Source: Mycobacteriales bacterium
Lineage (GTDB): Bacteria > Actinomycetota > Actinomycetes > Mycobacteriales > SCTD01
Direction: 5' to 3'
Assembly: GCA_038230355.1 (NCBI GenBank)
Contig: JBBRNK010000022.1
Coordinates: 474-64,473 of the forward strand
Length of the DNA stretch: 64,000 nt
Shown here: in pieces, positions 1-8,849 of the stretch
How positions within the stretch are numbered: the first letter of the stretch is position 1
Layout: the number at the start of each line of letters is the position of its first letter
Program-made: the position numbers and the translations under genes
Notes under the pieces: generated by a model
Database searches by the model: none
The model's input: only the letters and a program-made list of their open reading frames with translations
What the model was told of the DNA's origin: nothing

Positions 1-333
1 TGTGGGAAGCGGTGGTCAGCCACGTCGAATCTTATGGGGAGCCAGATCTTCCTGCAAAGTCGCGCCAACCAGTCTTAACTTCCGAAGTCAAACTAACCTT
101 GACTCGGTGAATTAGCGAGCGCCGAGCCTCTGGACGACGGCAGCCGGCGTCACTGAACTCGACCAGGGCGTATCGCGACAGTTCGCCAACGTGCGCTCTT
201 CGGCAGAAGCGAACGTTCTGGTCGAGCGCAGTCCCAGCCGGATTCGTGGCGTGTCTCGCGTTGATGGAGCAACTCGGCCTGTCGGGGTGGCCGCAGGATG
301 AGAGGGGTTGGTCGCTGACTCCTCGTGCGGTCT

Positions 334-507
334 CTAACGATCCATCGCCGCCAGAACGTCGGAGCGGACGCCCTGGCCATGCAGACCGGCAACGACGTCG
401 TCCAGCTCCCGCTGCATTCGGACGGCGCGGCGGTGAGCGACAAAGCGCTCGAGCACGCCGGCGGTGAGACGGGGGGTGTTGCGCATGTTGCTCATGTTGC
501 TCGTCAC
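334..507 (-). CDS. small hypothetical protein (57 aa)
   Basis: GTG at 507 just after CAGGAAG; in frame with ORF 334..786; helical, amphipathic C-terminal half (RRAVRMQRELDDVVAGLHGQGVRSDVLAAMDR). Confidence 0.45.
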   Translation of the reverse strand: MTSNMSNMRNTPRLTAGVLERFVAHRRAVRMQRELDDVVAGLHGQGVRSDVLAAMDR

Positions 508-587
508 ATCTTCCTGATCGCTGCTTCGTGTCACCTTGTGGAACGACCTGTGCCAGACATGCATGCCGTCTGCGGGAGTGACCGTGC

Positions 588-607
588 GCACCCCTGCAAA
601 GGGGTGC
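588..607. promoter_or_regulatory. perfect inverted repeat GCACCCCT-GCAA-AGGGGTGC, possible regulator site or hairpin
   Basis: 8-bp arms seen directly, upstream of the 57-aa ORF and adjacent to a C11 run at 607-617. Confidence 0.35.
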
Positions 608-639
608 CCCCCCCCCCGATCGCTCACGAGCGCAGACGC

Positions 640-763
640 GGACCCCGCGGTGGCGAGCCAGCGACTCCGGCCGAAGTAGCAGGACGACCTCAGCCCCCGA
701 CCGGGCCAGCGCAGCGCCCAACAGTCCCCCGACTGCACCCGCCCCCAGAATTGCGTGCCGCAT
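640..763 (-). pseudogene. N-terminal stub of a ketopantoate reductase (PanE/ApbA)-family oxidoreductase
   Basis: MRHAILGAGAVGGLLGAALARSGAEVVLLLR is a Rossmann GxGxxG start typical of PanE; similarity ends after about 40 codons. Confidence 0.55.
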
Positions 764-957
764 CCCGGGACCGTATGCCCGGCCACTTCACAGCACAGGC
801 GCTATCACAACACGCGTTAGAAGCGAACGTCCCTGCGGGGGTTGCACGCCCGGCTCATCCAGTAGCTGACCCTTCCCATTCATGGTCGGCGGTTCGGCGG
901 TCCCGCCCTGTCCCACTGTGGAGCTGAGGGCGCCATGGCCGTGCGTACGCTGCCGCT

Positions 958-2454
958 GTGACCGACGCGGAAGACCTTTGCCTGCTGCCCGCAGTCGAAC
1001 TGGCCCATCGGCTGCGCGCCCGTGAGCTATCGGCGCGAGAGCTGCTCTCGGCGTCGCTGGCTAGGGTCGACGCGGTGAACCCGGCGGTCAACGCGATCGT
1101 TACTCGCGACGACGTCCGGGCCCGGCAGCGCGCCGGTGAGCTCGATGAACGACTGATGCGTACAGGGCCGGTCGGCCCGCTGCACGGGCTGCCGATCGCC
1201 CACAAGGATCTGCTGCCCACCGCCGGTCTGCGAACCACCTGGGGATCGACGCTGTACGCCGACACGGTGCCGGCCAAGGACGCCGTCCTCGCGGCGCGGG
1301 TCTTTGCCGCTGGCGCGGTGCGGCTGGGCAAGACGAACGTGCCGGAGTTCGGCGCCGGTTCCCAGACCACCAACGCCTTGTTCGGCTCGACCCGCAACCC
1401 CTACGACCCGGCGCTCACCTCCGGCGGCAGCAGCGGCGGGGCAGCAGCGGCGTTAGCTACCGGAATGGTCGCGCTCGCCGACGGCAGCGACATGGGTGGC
1501 TCGTTGCGCAACCCCGCCAGCTTCTGCAATGTGTTCGGGCTGCGCCCCACACCCGGTCGGGTGCCGAACCTGCCGGCCAGCGACGCCTGGTTCGACCTGA
1601 CGGTGCTCGGCCCGATGGGCCGCTGCGCCGCGGACGCCGCCTTGTTACTCAGCGCGATCAGCGGCCCGGACCCGGCCGACCCCTACGCCGCGATGACCGA
1701 CGAGGTCGACTTCGGCGCGCCGCTCGACCGCGACTTCACCGGGGTCCGCGTTGCCTGGGGCGGGTCACTCGGCCTGCCGTTCGACCGGCAGGTGCTCGAG
1801 GCCTTCGACCGCACCAGGCCGGGTGTCGAGCAGCTCGGGGTGCACCTCACCGAGGCCGAGCCGGACGTACGCGGCGCCGACGAGGTCTTCCGCGTGCTGC
1901 GCGGTTGGCACCTGGCGACCACGATCGGGGACGCCGTCGAGGCGGCCGGCGATGAGGTGGTCGACATCGTGCGGGAGAACGTCGCCTACGGGCGCGCGGT
2001 CACCGCAGCGCAGCTGGCCGCCGCGTTGCAGCAGCGGACGCTTCTGCTCCAGCGGGCCCAGGAGTTCTTCACGCAGCACCAGTTCTTGCTCATGCCGGTC
2101 AGCCAGGTGCTGCCGTTCGGGGTCGACACCCGGTGGGTCCGGGAGGTGGCCGGCGAGCCGATGGCCGACTACCTGGGGTGGATGCGTTCGGCGTACCTGA
2201 TCACCGTGCTGCGGGTGCCGGCCGCGTCGGTGCCGGCCGGCTTCACCCCTGCAGGCCTGCCGGTCGGACTGCAGGTCGTCGGCCGACCGGGGGACGACCT
2301 GGGGGTGCTGCAGTTCTGTCATGCGCTGGAGCAGGTCTTCGCCGCCGGCGACCGGCGCCCAGACGTGGCCGCGCTGAGCGGCGCCGGCGGTCGCGACGGG
2401 GTAGCCGGGTTGCCCGACGGGGGCCGCGCCGTCCACGATCGGTCTCATGAATGA
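958..2454 (+). CDS. amidase (amidase-signature family)
   Basis: GPLHGLPIAHKD, GGSSGGAAAA and GSDMGGSLRNPA (Lys, cis-Ser, Ser triad); TACGCT -10 six nt before the GTG. Confidence 0.93.
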   Translation: MTDAEDLCLLPAVELAHRLRARELSARELLSASLARVDAVNPAVNAIVTRDDVRARQRAGELDERLMRTGPVGPLHGLPIAHKDLLPTAGLRTTWGSTLYADTVPAKDAVLAARVFAAGAVRLGKTNVPEFGAGSQTTNALFGSTRNPYDPALTSGGSSGGAAAALATGMVALADGSDMGGSLRNPASFCNVFGLRPTPGRVPNLPASDAWFDLTVLGPMGRCAADAALLLSAISGPDPADPYAAMTDEVDFGAPLDRDFTGVRVAWGGSLGLPFDRQVLEAFDRTRPGVEQLGVHLTEAEPDVRGADEVFRVLRGWHLATTIGDAVEAAGDEVVDIVRENVAYGRAVTAAQLAAALQQRTLLLQRAQEFFTQHQFLLMPVSQVLPFGVDTRWVREVAGEPMADYLGWMRSAYLITVLRVPAASVPAGFTPAGLPVGLQVVGRPGDDLGVLQFCHALEQVFAAGDRRPDVAALSGAGGRDGVAGLPDGGRAVHDRSHE

Positions 2455-3429
2455 GATGACGGTGCGGGCAGTGGTCGTGCAGGAGTACGGCGGACCTGAG
2501 GTGCTTGTGGTCCGCGACCGTAAGGCCGCCCGACCTGGCCCTGGCGAGCTGCTGGTGCAGCTGGCGGCCGCCGGCGTCAACTACATGGACGTCTACGCCC
2601 GGCAGGGTACCCGCCCCTACGCCGGCGATCTGCCGTTCGTGCCCGGCGGCGAAGGCGCCGGCACGGTGGTGGAGGTCGGCTCGGACGTGCGCGATGTGGT
2701 CATCGGTGACCGGGTCGCCTGGGCGGGTGTCGGGTCGAGCTACGCCGAGCAGGTCGTCGTGCCCGCGGACCGGGCGGTGCCCGTCCCGGAAGGGGTCGAG
2801 CTCCCCGCCGCCGCCGCCGTGATGCTGCAGGGGATCACCGCCCACTATCTGAGCCAGAGCACGTTCGAGGCACAGCCCGGCGACGTCGCTGTGGTGCACG
2901 CCGCGGCCGGCGGGGTGGGGCTGCTGCTCACCCAGCTGCTCGTCCGCCGCGGGGCGACGGTCGTCGCGACCACCTCCACGCCCGTCAAGGGCGAGCTGGC
3001 GCGCGGTGCTGGTGCGCAGGTGGTGACCGGCTACGATGGGTCGTCGATGCAGTTCGCGAGGCCAGCAGCGGGCGGGGCGCCGCGGTCGTCTACGACGGTG
3101 TTGGCCGCACGACCTTCAACGACGGGCTGGGCTGCCTGCGGCCGCGCGGCCTGATGGCACTGTACGGCGCGGCGAGTGGCCCGGTTGACGCTTTCGACAC
3201 GGCCCGGCTCGCAGCTGGTGGCTCGCTCTACCTCACCCGTCCGACGATGGGCTCCTACATCGCCACCCGCGCCGAGCTGCTGGCCCGTACCGGCGATCTG
3301 TTCGGATGGGTCGCGGCCGGAGAGCTCGACGTCCGCATCGGCGCGACGTACCCGCTCGCGGACGCAGCCCGTGCCCACGAGGACCTCACCGGCCGGCGTA
3401 CGACCGGCAAGCTGCTGCTCCTGCCGTGA
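2447..3429 (+). pseudogene. qor: quinone oxidoreductase (MDR/Qor), frameshifted near 3041
   Basis: ORF 2447..3154 is Qor-like up to VVTGYDG; the other frame continues VDAVREASSGRGAAVVYDGVGRTTF and runs into ORF 3154..3429, ending TTGKLLLLP; one base is missing (real lesion or sequencing error). Confidence 0.85.
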
Positions 3430-3475
3430 ATCTCCTCGTCACTGAGCATGCGCCGGACGGCATCGAGTGCTGCGG

Positions 3476-4849
3476 TTACCCGGCCTGAAGGTCGCTGCCG
3501 AGGGCCAGCCCGTCGAGAGCGTCGAGGTCAGCCAGCGTCTCGTCGAGGATGGCGCGCATCGGCACGTGGGCTCGCAGGGCGGTAAGCAGCGCGAACATCC
3601 CCATGACGGCTCGGTGCTCCAGCAGGTAGCTCGGGGGGAAGCGGATGACCCGCGCGCCTTCCATGGCCGCACCTGGGTTCGCCCACTTCTCCGAGGACGA
3701 GGCGATCCAGCTGGGGTCGAAGTGGAACATGCCCTCGTCGTACGGCGTGCGGCGCAGACCCGTCGGGTCGATGTCGAGGACGTCGATGAGCGCGTCCTCG
3801 GTTACCCCCTCCGTGGCCATGCCTGCCTCGACCCACACCTGCCTGAGCCGCGTCCAATCTTGGTGGTGGGCCAGGTAGGACGTCAGGACGAACATGCGCG
3901 TGAACGTGCCGACGCCCTGACTACCGGGGGCGTGAGCGACCGATCCGAAGTCCAGGACGCCGAGCCGACCATCAGCCAGCAGCCGGTAGTTGCCGGGATG
4001 TGGGTCGGCGTGCATCGCACCGACGCGGGTGACACTGCCCAGGCAGAAACGCGCCAGCAGCTCGCCGGCCCGGTCGCGCTCGGCCTCCCGGCTCACAGCG
4101 TCGGTAGCCGCGTTGCCGGCGGCGATCAGGTCCGCCAACGGGGTGCCGTCCATCCATTCGGTGACCAGAACGGCCTCCGAGGCGAACAGGACTGCCGGGA
4201 CGTGCACGTCATGGTCGGCCCAGGCAGCAGCAAAACGTCCCATCCAGGCGGCCTCGTTGCGGTAGTCAAGCTCTTCGACGAGCCGCTCTCCGTGCTCGTC
4301 GAGGAGGGCCCGCAGGTCCAGGTTCGGGAGCAGCCGAGAGATAAGCGGCAGCAGCGCCCGCAACTGAGCCATGTCGGACTTCGCGTTACGGCGGGCGTTC
4401 GGGTAGCGCAGCTTGACCGCAACCTCTGTCCGTTCTCCGCTGATCGGATCAGTCCACACGCCCCGGTGAACCTGCCCCAGGCTCGCAGCGGCCACGGCGG
4501 TGCTCTGGACCTGGAGGGCGCCTTCGGGCACGACTTGGAGCAGCGGGGCGAGCTTGGAGAACGGCTCCGGCTCGGCGTTTTCGTACAACTGCTCGAGGGC
4601 CCGGAACTTCTCGGCGAGATGGTCGGGGAGAACCCCGGAGAACACGGCAAGCGACTGCCCGAACTTCATCGCCGGACCCTTGATGCGCGACAGGGTCGCG
4701 ACGGCCGCATCGATGCTCGCAGCCGTAGCGGCGTCGTACACGGCCGTGCGGTTGGCGCCGAGCGCGGTACGAGTGGCAGCACCGGCCAGGCGCGCGCCGC
4801 TACCCAGCGGAATGCGCGCGAGCGCAGTGGCCCGACCGATCACCCCCAC
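3476..4849 (-). CDS. AarF/ABC1/UbiB-family atypical kinase
   Basis: AAASLGQVH, VAVK, HADPHPGN and LDFG motifs; GTG at 4849 after GAGGGAG. Confidence 0.9.
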   Translation of the reverse strand: MGVIGRATALARIPLGSGARLAGAATRTALGANRTAVYDAATAASIDAAVATLSRIKGPAMKFGQSLAVFSGVLPDHLAEKFRALEQLYENAEPEPFSKLAPLLQVVPEGALQVQSTAVAAASLGQVHRGVWTDPISGERTEVAVKLRYPNARRNAKSDMAQLRALLPLISRLLPNLDLRALLDEHGERLVEELDYRNEAAWMGRFAAAWADHDVHVPAVLFASEAVLVTEWMDGTPLADLIAAGNAATDAVSREAERDRAGELLARFCLGSVTRVGAMHADPHPGNYRLLADGRLGVLDFGSVAHAPGSQGVGTFTRMFVLTSYLAHHQDWTRLRQVWVEAGMATEGVTEDALIDVLDIDPTGLRRTPYDEGMFHFDPSWIASSSEKWANPGAAMEGARVIRFPPSYLLEHRAVMGMFALLTALRAHVPMRAILDETLADLDALDGLALGSDLQAG

Positions 4850-5063
4850 AACGTCACTCCCTCTCGTGCCGAATCTCTGACAAGGCGCCTCATCGTTCAG
4901 ACCACTATCTTCCCGGGTCGCCTCTGACGACGCATGTCGGCGGCGGACGCAAGCCCGGCAGGCCCCGGCGGTGTGCTTGCCGGCACGCCCGAGTGATGAT
5001 CTGTCGACGGGAGACGCTGGGCTGCGATCGCCGAGCAGAGCTCGTGACCTGGCTTCCTCGGGC

Positions 5064-5160
5064 TCAGTGCGACACGCGGTAGCGGAGGTGCATGACTGCA
5101 CCGTCGAACGTGTGGCTGCCGACGAGTTGCAGATCTGTGTCTTGCACCTCGTCGGGAGAG
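5064..5160 (-). pseudogene. C-terminal stub of a dihydrofolate reductase/RibD-C family protein
   Basis: PDEVQDTDLQLVGSHTFDGAVMHLRYRV resembles the L.L....F..G.V.LRY C-terminus of this family; no N-terminal part is present. Confidence 0.5.
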
Positions 5161-5193
5161 TGGCACAGCCGGCGGTATCGCCGTGACAGGACA

Positions 5194-5862
5194 TCATCGT
5201 CGGCGCCGAACCCGCTCCAGCCCGTCGAGCAGGAGGTCCAGCCCCCACTCGAACTCCTGGCCGAAGTCGTAGCCCGGCATGAGCACGTGGTCGCGCGAGA
5301 ACTCGACCAGGTGTGGCCACTCGTCCGTCGGCATAGCCGCAAGGATGTGCTCCACCACCTCGGTGCTGCGCTCCTCGGTGTCGAACGGGAGGGCCCTCTC
5401 CTGCATGGCGAAGCCGTAGACGTAGGCATCGACCGCCGACAGCGCGTGCGCGGTCAACACGATGGAAAAATCGGCGCCCCGCAGGACGCCGATGAGCGCG
5501 TTGAGGTGTCCCAGCGTGCGGGGTCCAGGATTGGTGCGGGACTGCATGAGAGGCACCGCCCACGGGTGGCGCTTGAGGACCTGGCGCACCGAGACGGCTC
5601 GTCTGCGCATCGCCACCCGCCAGTTCCGCTCGTCGGCGGCAAGATCGATCTCGGCGAAGACCCCGTCCACCATCGCGTCGATCAGGTCATCCTTGTTGGT
5701 GACGTGGTTGTAGATCGACATCGCCTCAACACCAAGCTGCTCGCCGAGCTTGCGCATCGACAGCGACTGGATGCCGGACTCGTCGGCGAGTGCCATGGCG
5801 CTCTGTAGCACCCGCTCCCGAGTCAGCCGTGGCCGTTCCCTCTTGTTCCCTGAAGCCACCAT
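5194..5862 (-). CDS. TetR/AcrR-family regulator with TetR_C domain
   Basis: LTRERVLQSAMALADESG...LSMRKLGEQLGVEAMSIYNHV helix-turn-helix; ATG at 5862 after GAGGA. Confidence 0.93.
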   Translation of the reverse strand: MVASGNKRERPRLTRERVLQSAMALADESGIQSLSMRKLGEQLGVEAMSIYNHVTNKDDLIDAMVDGVFAEIDLAADERNWRVAMRRRAVSVRQVLKRHPWAVPLMQSRTNPGPRTLGHLNALIGVLRGADFSIVLTAHALSAVDAYVYGFAMQERALPFDTEERSTEVVEHILAAMPTDEWPHLVEFSRDHVLMPGYDFGQEFEWGLDLLLDGLERVRRRR

Positions 5863-5877
5863 CGTCCTCACGATCGC

Positions 5878-5922
5878 TTGACGTACTTACGATGTAAGCG
5901 TACACCTTGCTTACATCGTAAG
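5878..5922 (+). promoter_or_regulatory. sigma70-type promoter overlapped by two TetR operators (CTTAC-N3-GTAAG)
   Basis: TTGACG (5878) -17 nt- TACACC (5901); palindromes at 5886-5898 and 5910-5922 are reverse complements of each other. Confidence 0.75.
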
Positions 5923-5945
5923 CGACGATCCTCGAGAGGCACCTG

Positions 5946-6962
5946 ATGACGAGACAACAAGGCGCGAGCGCCACGCAGGCGGCAGCACTGACCATGCGCG
6001 CTGTGGTGAGGGATCGGTACGGCGCACCAGCCCAGGTCCTGCGCGTCCTCCAGATGTCGGTGCCCACGATCGGCGCAGACGAGGTGCTGGTCCGGGTGCG
6101 CGCGGCCGGCGTCGACCGCGGCGTATGGCACATCGTGACCGGGCTGCCGTATCCGCTGCGGCTAGCCGGCTTCGGCCTTCGCGCGCCGAAGAACCCCGTC
6201 GTCGGCGGGGACCTCGCCGGTGTCGTCACGGCGGTCGGCAGCAGCGCAACCCGCTTCCACGTCGGGGACGAGGTGTACGGCACTGCCGCCGGCACCTTCG
6301 CCGAGTACGCCCGAGCGTCCCAGGAGAAGCTCTCGCTCAAGCCGGCGGGGCTCACCTTCGAGCAGGCCGCCGCCGTCCCCGTCTCGGCGGTGACCGCCCT
6401 GCAGGCAGTCCGCGACCACGGCCGGGTGAGGCCTGGGCAGCAGGTCCTGGTCGTCGGTGCCAGCGGCGGCGTCGGCTCGTACGCCGTGCAGATCGCCAAG
6501 GTGTACGGCGCCACGGTCACCGGCGTAGCCAGTCCCACCAAGCTCGACCTCGTCCGCTCACTCGGCGCCTCCACGGTCCTGGACTACACGGCGGACGAGC
6601 TTCCGGACCGCCGCTACGACGTCATCCTCGACGTCGGCGGCACCACCCCCGTGTCTCGACTTCGCAAGGCGCTCACCCGCACCGGCACGCTCGTCATCGT
6701 CGGCGGCGAGACCAGGGGGCGGGTGCTTGGAGGTGTCCAGCGGCAGCTCGGCGCAGCGCTGCTGTCGCCGTTCCTGCGCCAGCGGCTCTGCACGTTCTTG
6801 TGCAAGGAGAACGCTGGCGACCTTTCCGTCCTCGCCGATCTCATCGACTCCGGCCGGGTGACGCCGGTCGTCCATCGGGTTCTGCCGCTGGAGTCGGCAG
6901 CTCAGGCCGTCGAACTGCTGCTCGCCGGATCCGTGCGCGGAAAACTCGTTCTCTCTGTGTAG
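5946..6962 (+). CDS. NAD(P)-dependent alcohol dehydrogenase-like MDR (zinc-independent)
   Basis: GDLAGVVTAVG, VVGASGGVGSYAVQIAK and GKLVL motifs; divergent from tetR. Confidence 0.9.
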   Translation: MTRQQGASATQAAALTMRAVVRDRYGAPAQVLRVLQMSVPTIGADEVLVRVRAAGVDRGVWHIVTGLPYPLRLAGFGLRAPKNPVVGGDLAGVVTAVGSSATRFHVGDEVYGTAAGTFAEYARASQEKLSLKPAGLTFEQAAAVPVSAVTALQAVRDHGRVRPGQQVLVVGASGGVGSYAVQIAKVYGATVTGVASPTKLDLVRSLGASTVLDYTADELPDRRYDVILDVGGTTPVSRLRKALTRTGTLVIVGGETRGRVLGGVQRQLGAALLSPFLRQRLCTFLCKENAGDLSVLADLIDSGRVTPVVHRVLPLESAAQAVELLLAGSVRGKLVLSV

Positions 6963-7045
6963 AGGGCCCACTCATCGGGCGCGCCAGGGGCCGCGCATGC
7001 TGAGGAGGAGCAGACTGCCGAGAGTGCTCGCTGGCGCGCGCGTCA

Positions 7046-7321
7046 TCACCAGATGATGGTCAGTCCGCGCAGGTGGCCGAACGCTGCGTCGCGGGTCACC
7101 AGCGCGGCTTGGTGGAGTAGTGACTGGGCTGCAAGCATCCGGTCGAAAGGATCGGCATGGTCCCAGTCCAGGCTCCCCGCGCGGATCGCGTCGGCGGCGG
7201 AGATGTCGAGCGACTGCGCGCCGAGTCTGCTCGTCAGGTCGGCGTGCTGGGCCAGCAGGATTTCGGCTTCCGGCCATCCCGGCTCGCCGGTCCGTCTTGC
7301 GGCCGCGCTCGGGTGGGTCAC
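7046..7321 (-). pseudogene. 5'-truncated VapC/PIN-domain toxin
   Basis: DHADPFDRMLAAQS...LVTRD is a PIN C-terminal half; the N-terminal LLDT motif and an antitoxin gene are absent. Confidence 0.75.
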
Positions 7322-8052
7322 GACAAGAAACCCCTGAGCAGCGCGGACGTTCCGGAGAGGTGCTCCTCCATTGCAGCCCGGGCTGCTCCGGGATCGCCCT
7401 GCAGTACGGTGCCGACGATCTCTTCGTGTTGACGATTGCTGTGGACGATGTTCGGTGCCAGGAGTGGGATCGCGTCGAGCAGCGCGCTGACCTTCATCCG
7501 GATGTCGGCAACCGCGGCGGCCAGCGAGGCCGAGCCCGTCCGCTCGCTGATCGCCAGGTGCAGCCGCGAGTCAGCGGTGCGGTACCTCCGCGGGCCGGCC
7601 GCGGTGCAGTCCGCAAGTGCGGCGGTCAGAACCCTGTCGGCCTCGGCTTTCGTCCTCGTGGTCGCGGCGAGCTCGACGGCCCCGAGCTCGAGGACCCGGC
7701 GCAGCGCGAGGGTGTCCTCCAGAGATTCCGGCGTGAGCGGTGCACCGGGACGGACAGTCCGTGCGGTCGGTGGACGGTCGCGGACGAACGTTCCGCCGTG
7801 CCGACCCCGACGTACCTCGACCCAGCCTGTCTCGGTGAGGGAGCGCAGTGCGTCCCGCAGGGTGACGCGGCTGACCCCCAAGCGCACGGCGAGATCCCGC
7901 TCTGCGGGCAAGCGGTCACCGGGCAAAACCAATCCGAGCTTGACCGCCGACAGGACCCGCTCGACGCATTCCTCGTACACGTTGCCGCTGCGGATAGCCC
8001 GGAACGCGACCGCAGCAGGATCGACGGGCGCGGGCGATCCAGGAGCGGCCAT
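7318..8052 (-). CDS. FadR/GntR-family transcriptional regulator
   Basis: GDRLPAERDLAVRLGVSRVTLRDAL winged HTH plus FCD domain. Confidence 0.93.
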   Translation of the reverse strand: MAAPGSPAPVDPAAVAFRAIRSGNVYEECVERVLSAVKLGLVLPGDRLPAERDLAVRLGVSRVTLRDALRSLTETGWVEVRRGRHGGTFVRDRPPTARTVRPGAPLTPESLEDTLALRRVLELGAVELAATTRTKAEADRVLTAALADCTAAGPRRYRTADSRLHLAISERTGSASLAAAVADIRMKVSALLDAIPLLAPNIVHSNRQHEEIVGTVLQGDPGAARAAMEEHLSGTSALLRGFLS

Positions 8053-8054
8053 GG

Positions 8055-8849
8055 TCAGAGCGGCGTGACGTAGGCCCCGCAGATACCCCCGTCGACGAGG
8101 AACTCCGAAGCAGTCATGAATGAGGAGTCGTCCGAGGCCAGGAAAGCGACCGCCGCGGCGATTTCGTCAGCCTCGGCGAAGCGCCCCATCGGGATGTGCA
8201 CCAGGCGCCGGGCAGCGCGCTCAGGGTCCTTGGCGAACAGCTCCTGCAGCAGCGGAGTGTTGACCGGCCCAGGACAGAGCGCGTTGACGCGGATGTTCTC
8301 CCGGGCGAATTGCACCCCGAGCTCACGCGACATCGCCAGCACGCCCCCCTTGGACGCGGTGTAGGAGATCTGGGACGTGGCCGCGCCGAGTCGCGCCACG
8401 AAGGAGGCCGTGTTGATGATCGAGCCCCGACCCCGGGCCTGCATGTACGGAATCGCGGACTTGCAGCACAAGAACACCGAGGTGAGGTTCACGTCCTGGA
8501 CGCGGCGCCACGCGTTGAGCCCCGTCGTGAGGATCGAGTCGTCGTCGGGAGGTGAGATACCGGCGTTGTTGAACGCGATGTCCAAACCCCCGTACTTCGA
8601 TACGGCCGCGCCGAACAGCGCCGCGACCTGCTCCTCCGAGGTCACGTCCACCTGAACGAACAACCCCCCGACGGCCTCAGCGGCCGCGTTTCCCTTGTCA
8701 GGGTCGACGTCGCCTATGACAACATGCGCTCCCTCCGAGGCGAGACGTCGGGCGGTCGCGAAACCGATACCGCCCGCCCCACCGGTCACCACCGCGACGC
8801 GGTCGACGAGCCGACCGACCCCCTGGTTGTCCTGTGCGTTCACGATCAC
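8055..8849 (-). CDS. short-chain dehydrogenase/reductase (Rv2857c-like)
   Basis: TGGAGGIG, NNAG and YTASK motifs. Confidence 0.93.
   Translation of the reverse strand: MIVNAQDNQGVGRLVDRVAVVTGGAGGIGFATARRLASEGAHVVIGDVDPDKGNAAAEAVGGLFVQVDVTSEEQVAALFGAAVSKYGGLDIAFNNAGISPPDDDSILTTGLNAWRRVQDVNLTSVFLCCKSAIPYMQARGRGSIINTASFVARLGAATSQISYTASKGGVLAMSRELGVQFARENIRVNALCPGPVNTPLLQELFAKDPERAARRLVHIPMGRFAEADEIAAAVAFLASDDSSFMTASEFLVDGGICGAYVTPL

Noticed and set aside
1-330. Lower-GC stretch with a possible gene end at 110 (WEAVVSHVESYGEPDLP...)
   Set aside because: Truncated by the window edge and no recognisable motif
3030-3050. Programmed frameshift in qor
   Set aside because: No slippery sequence or stimulatory structure; a simple indel is more likely
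3467-4927. Long antisense or alternate-frame ORFs (for example 3467..4927, 21016..23496, 31605..33647, 58752..60710, 61261..63351)
   Set aside because: Shadow ORFs expected in very high-GC DNA; they overlap well-supported genes and carry no motifs
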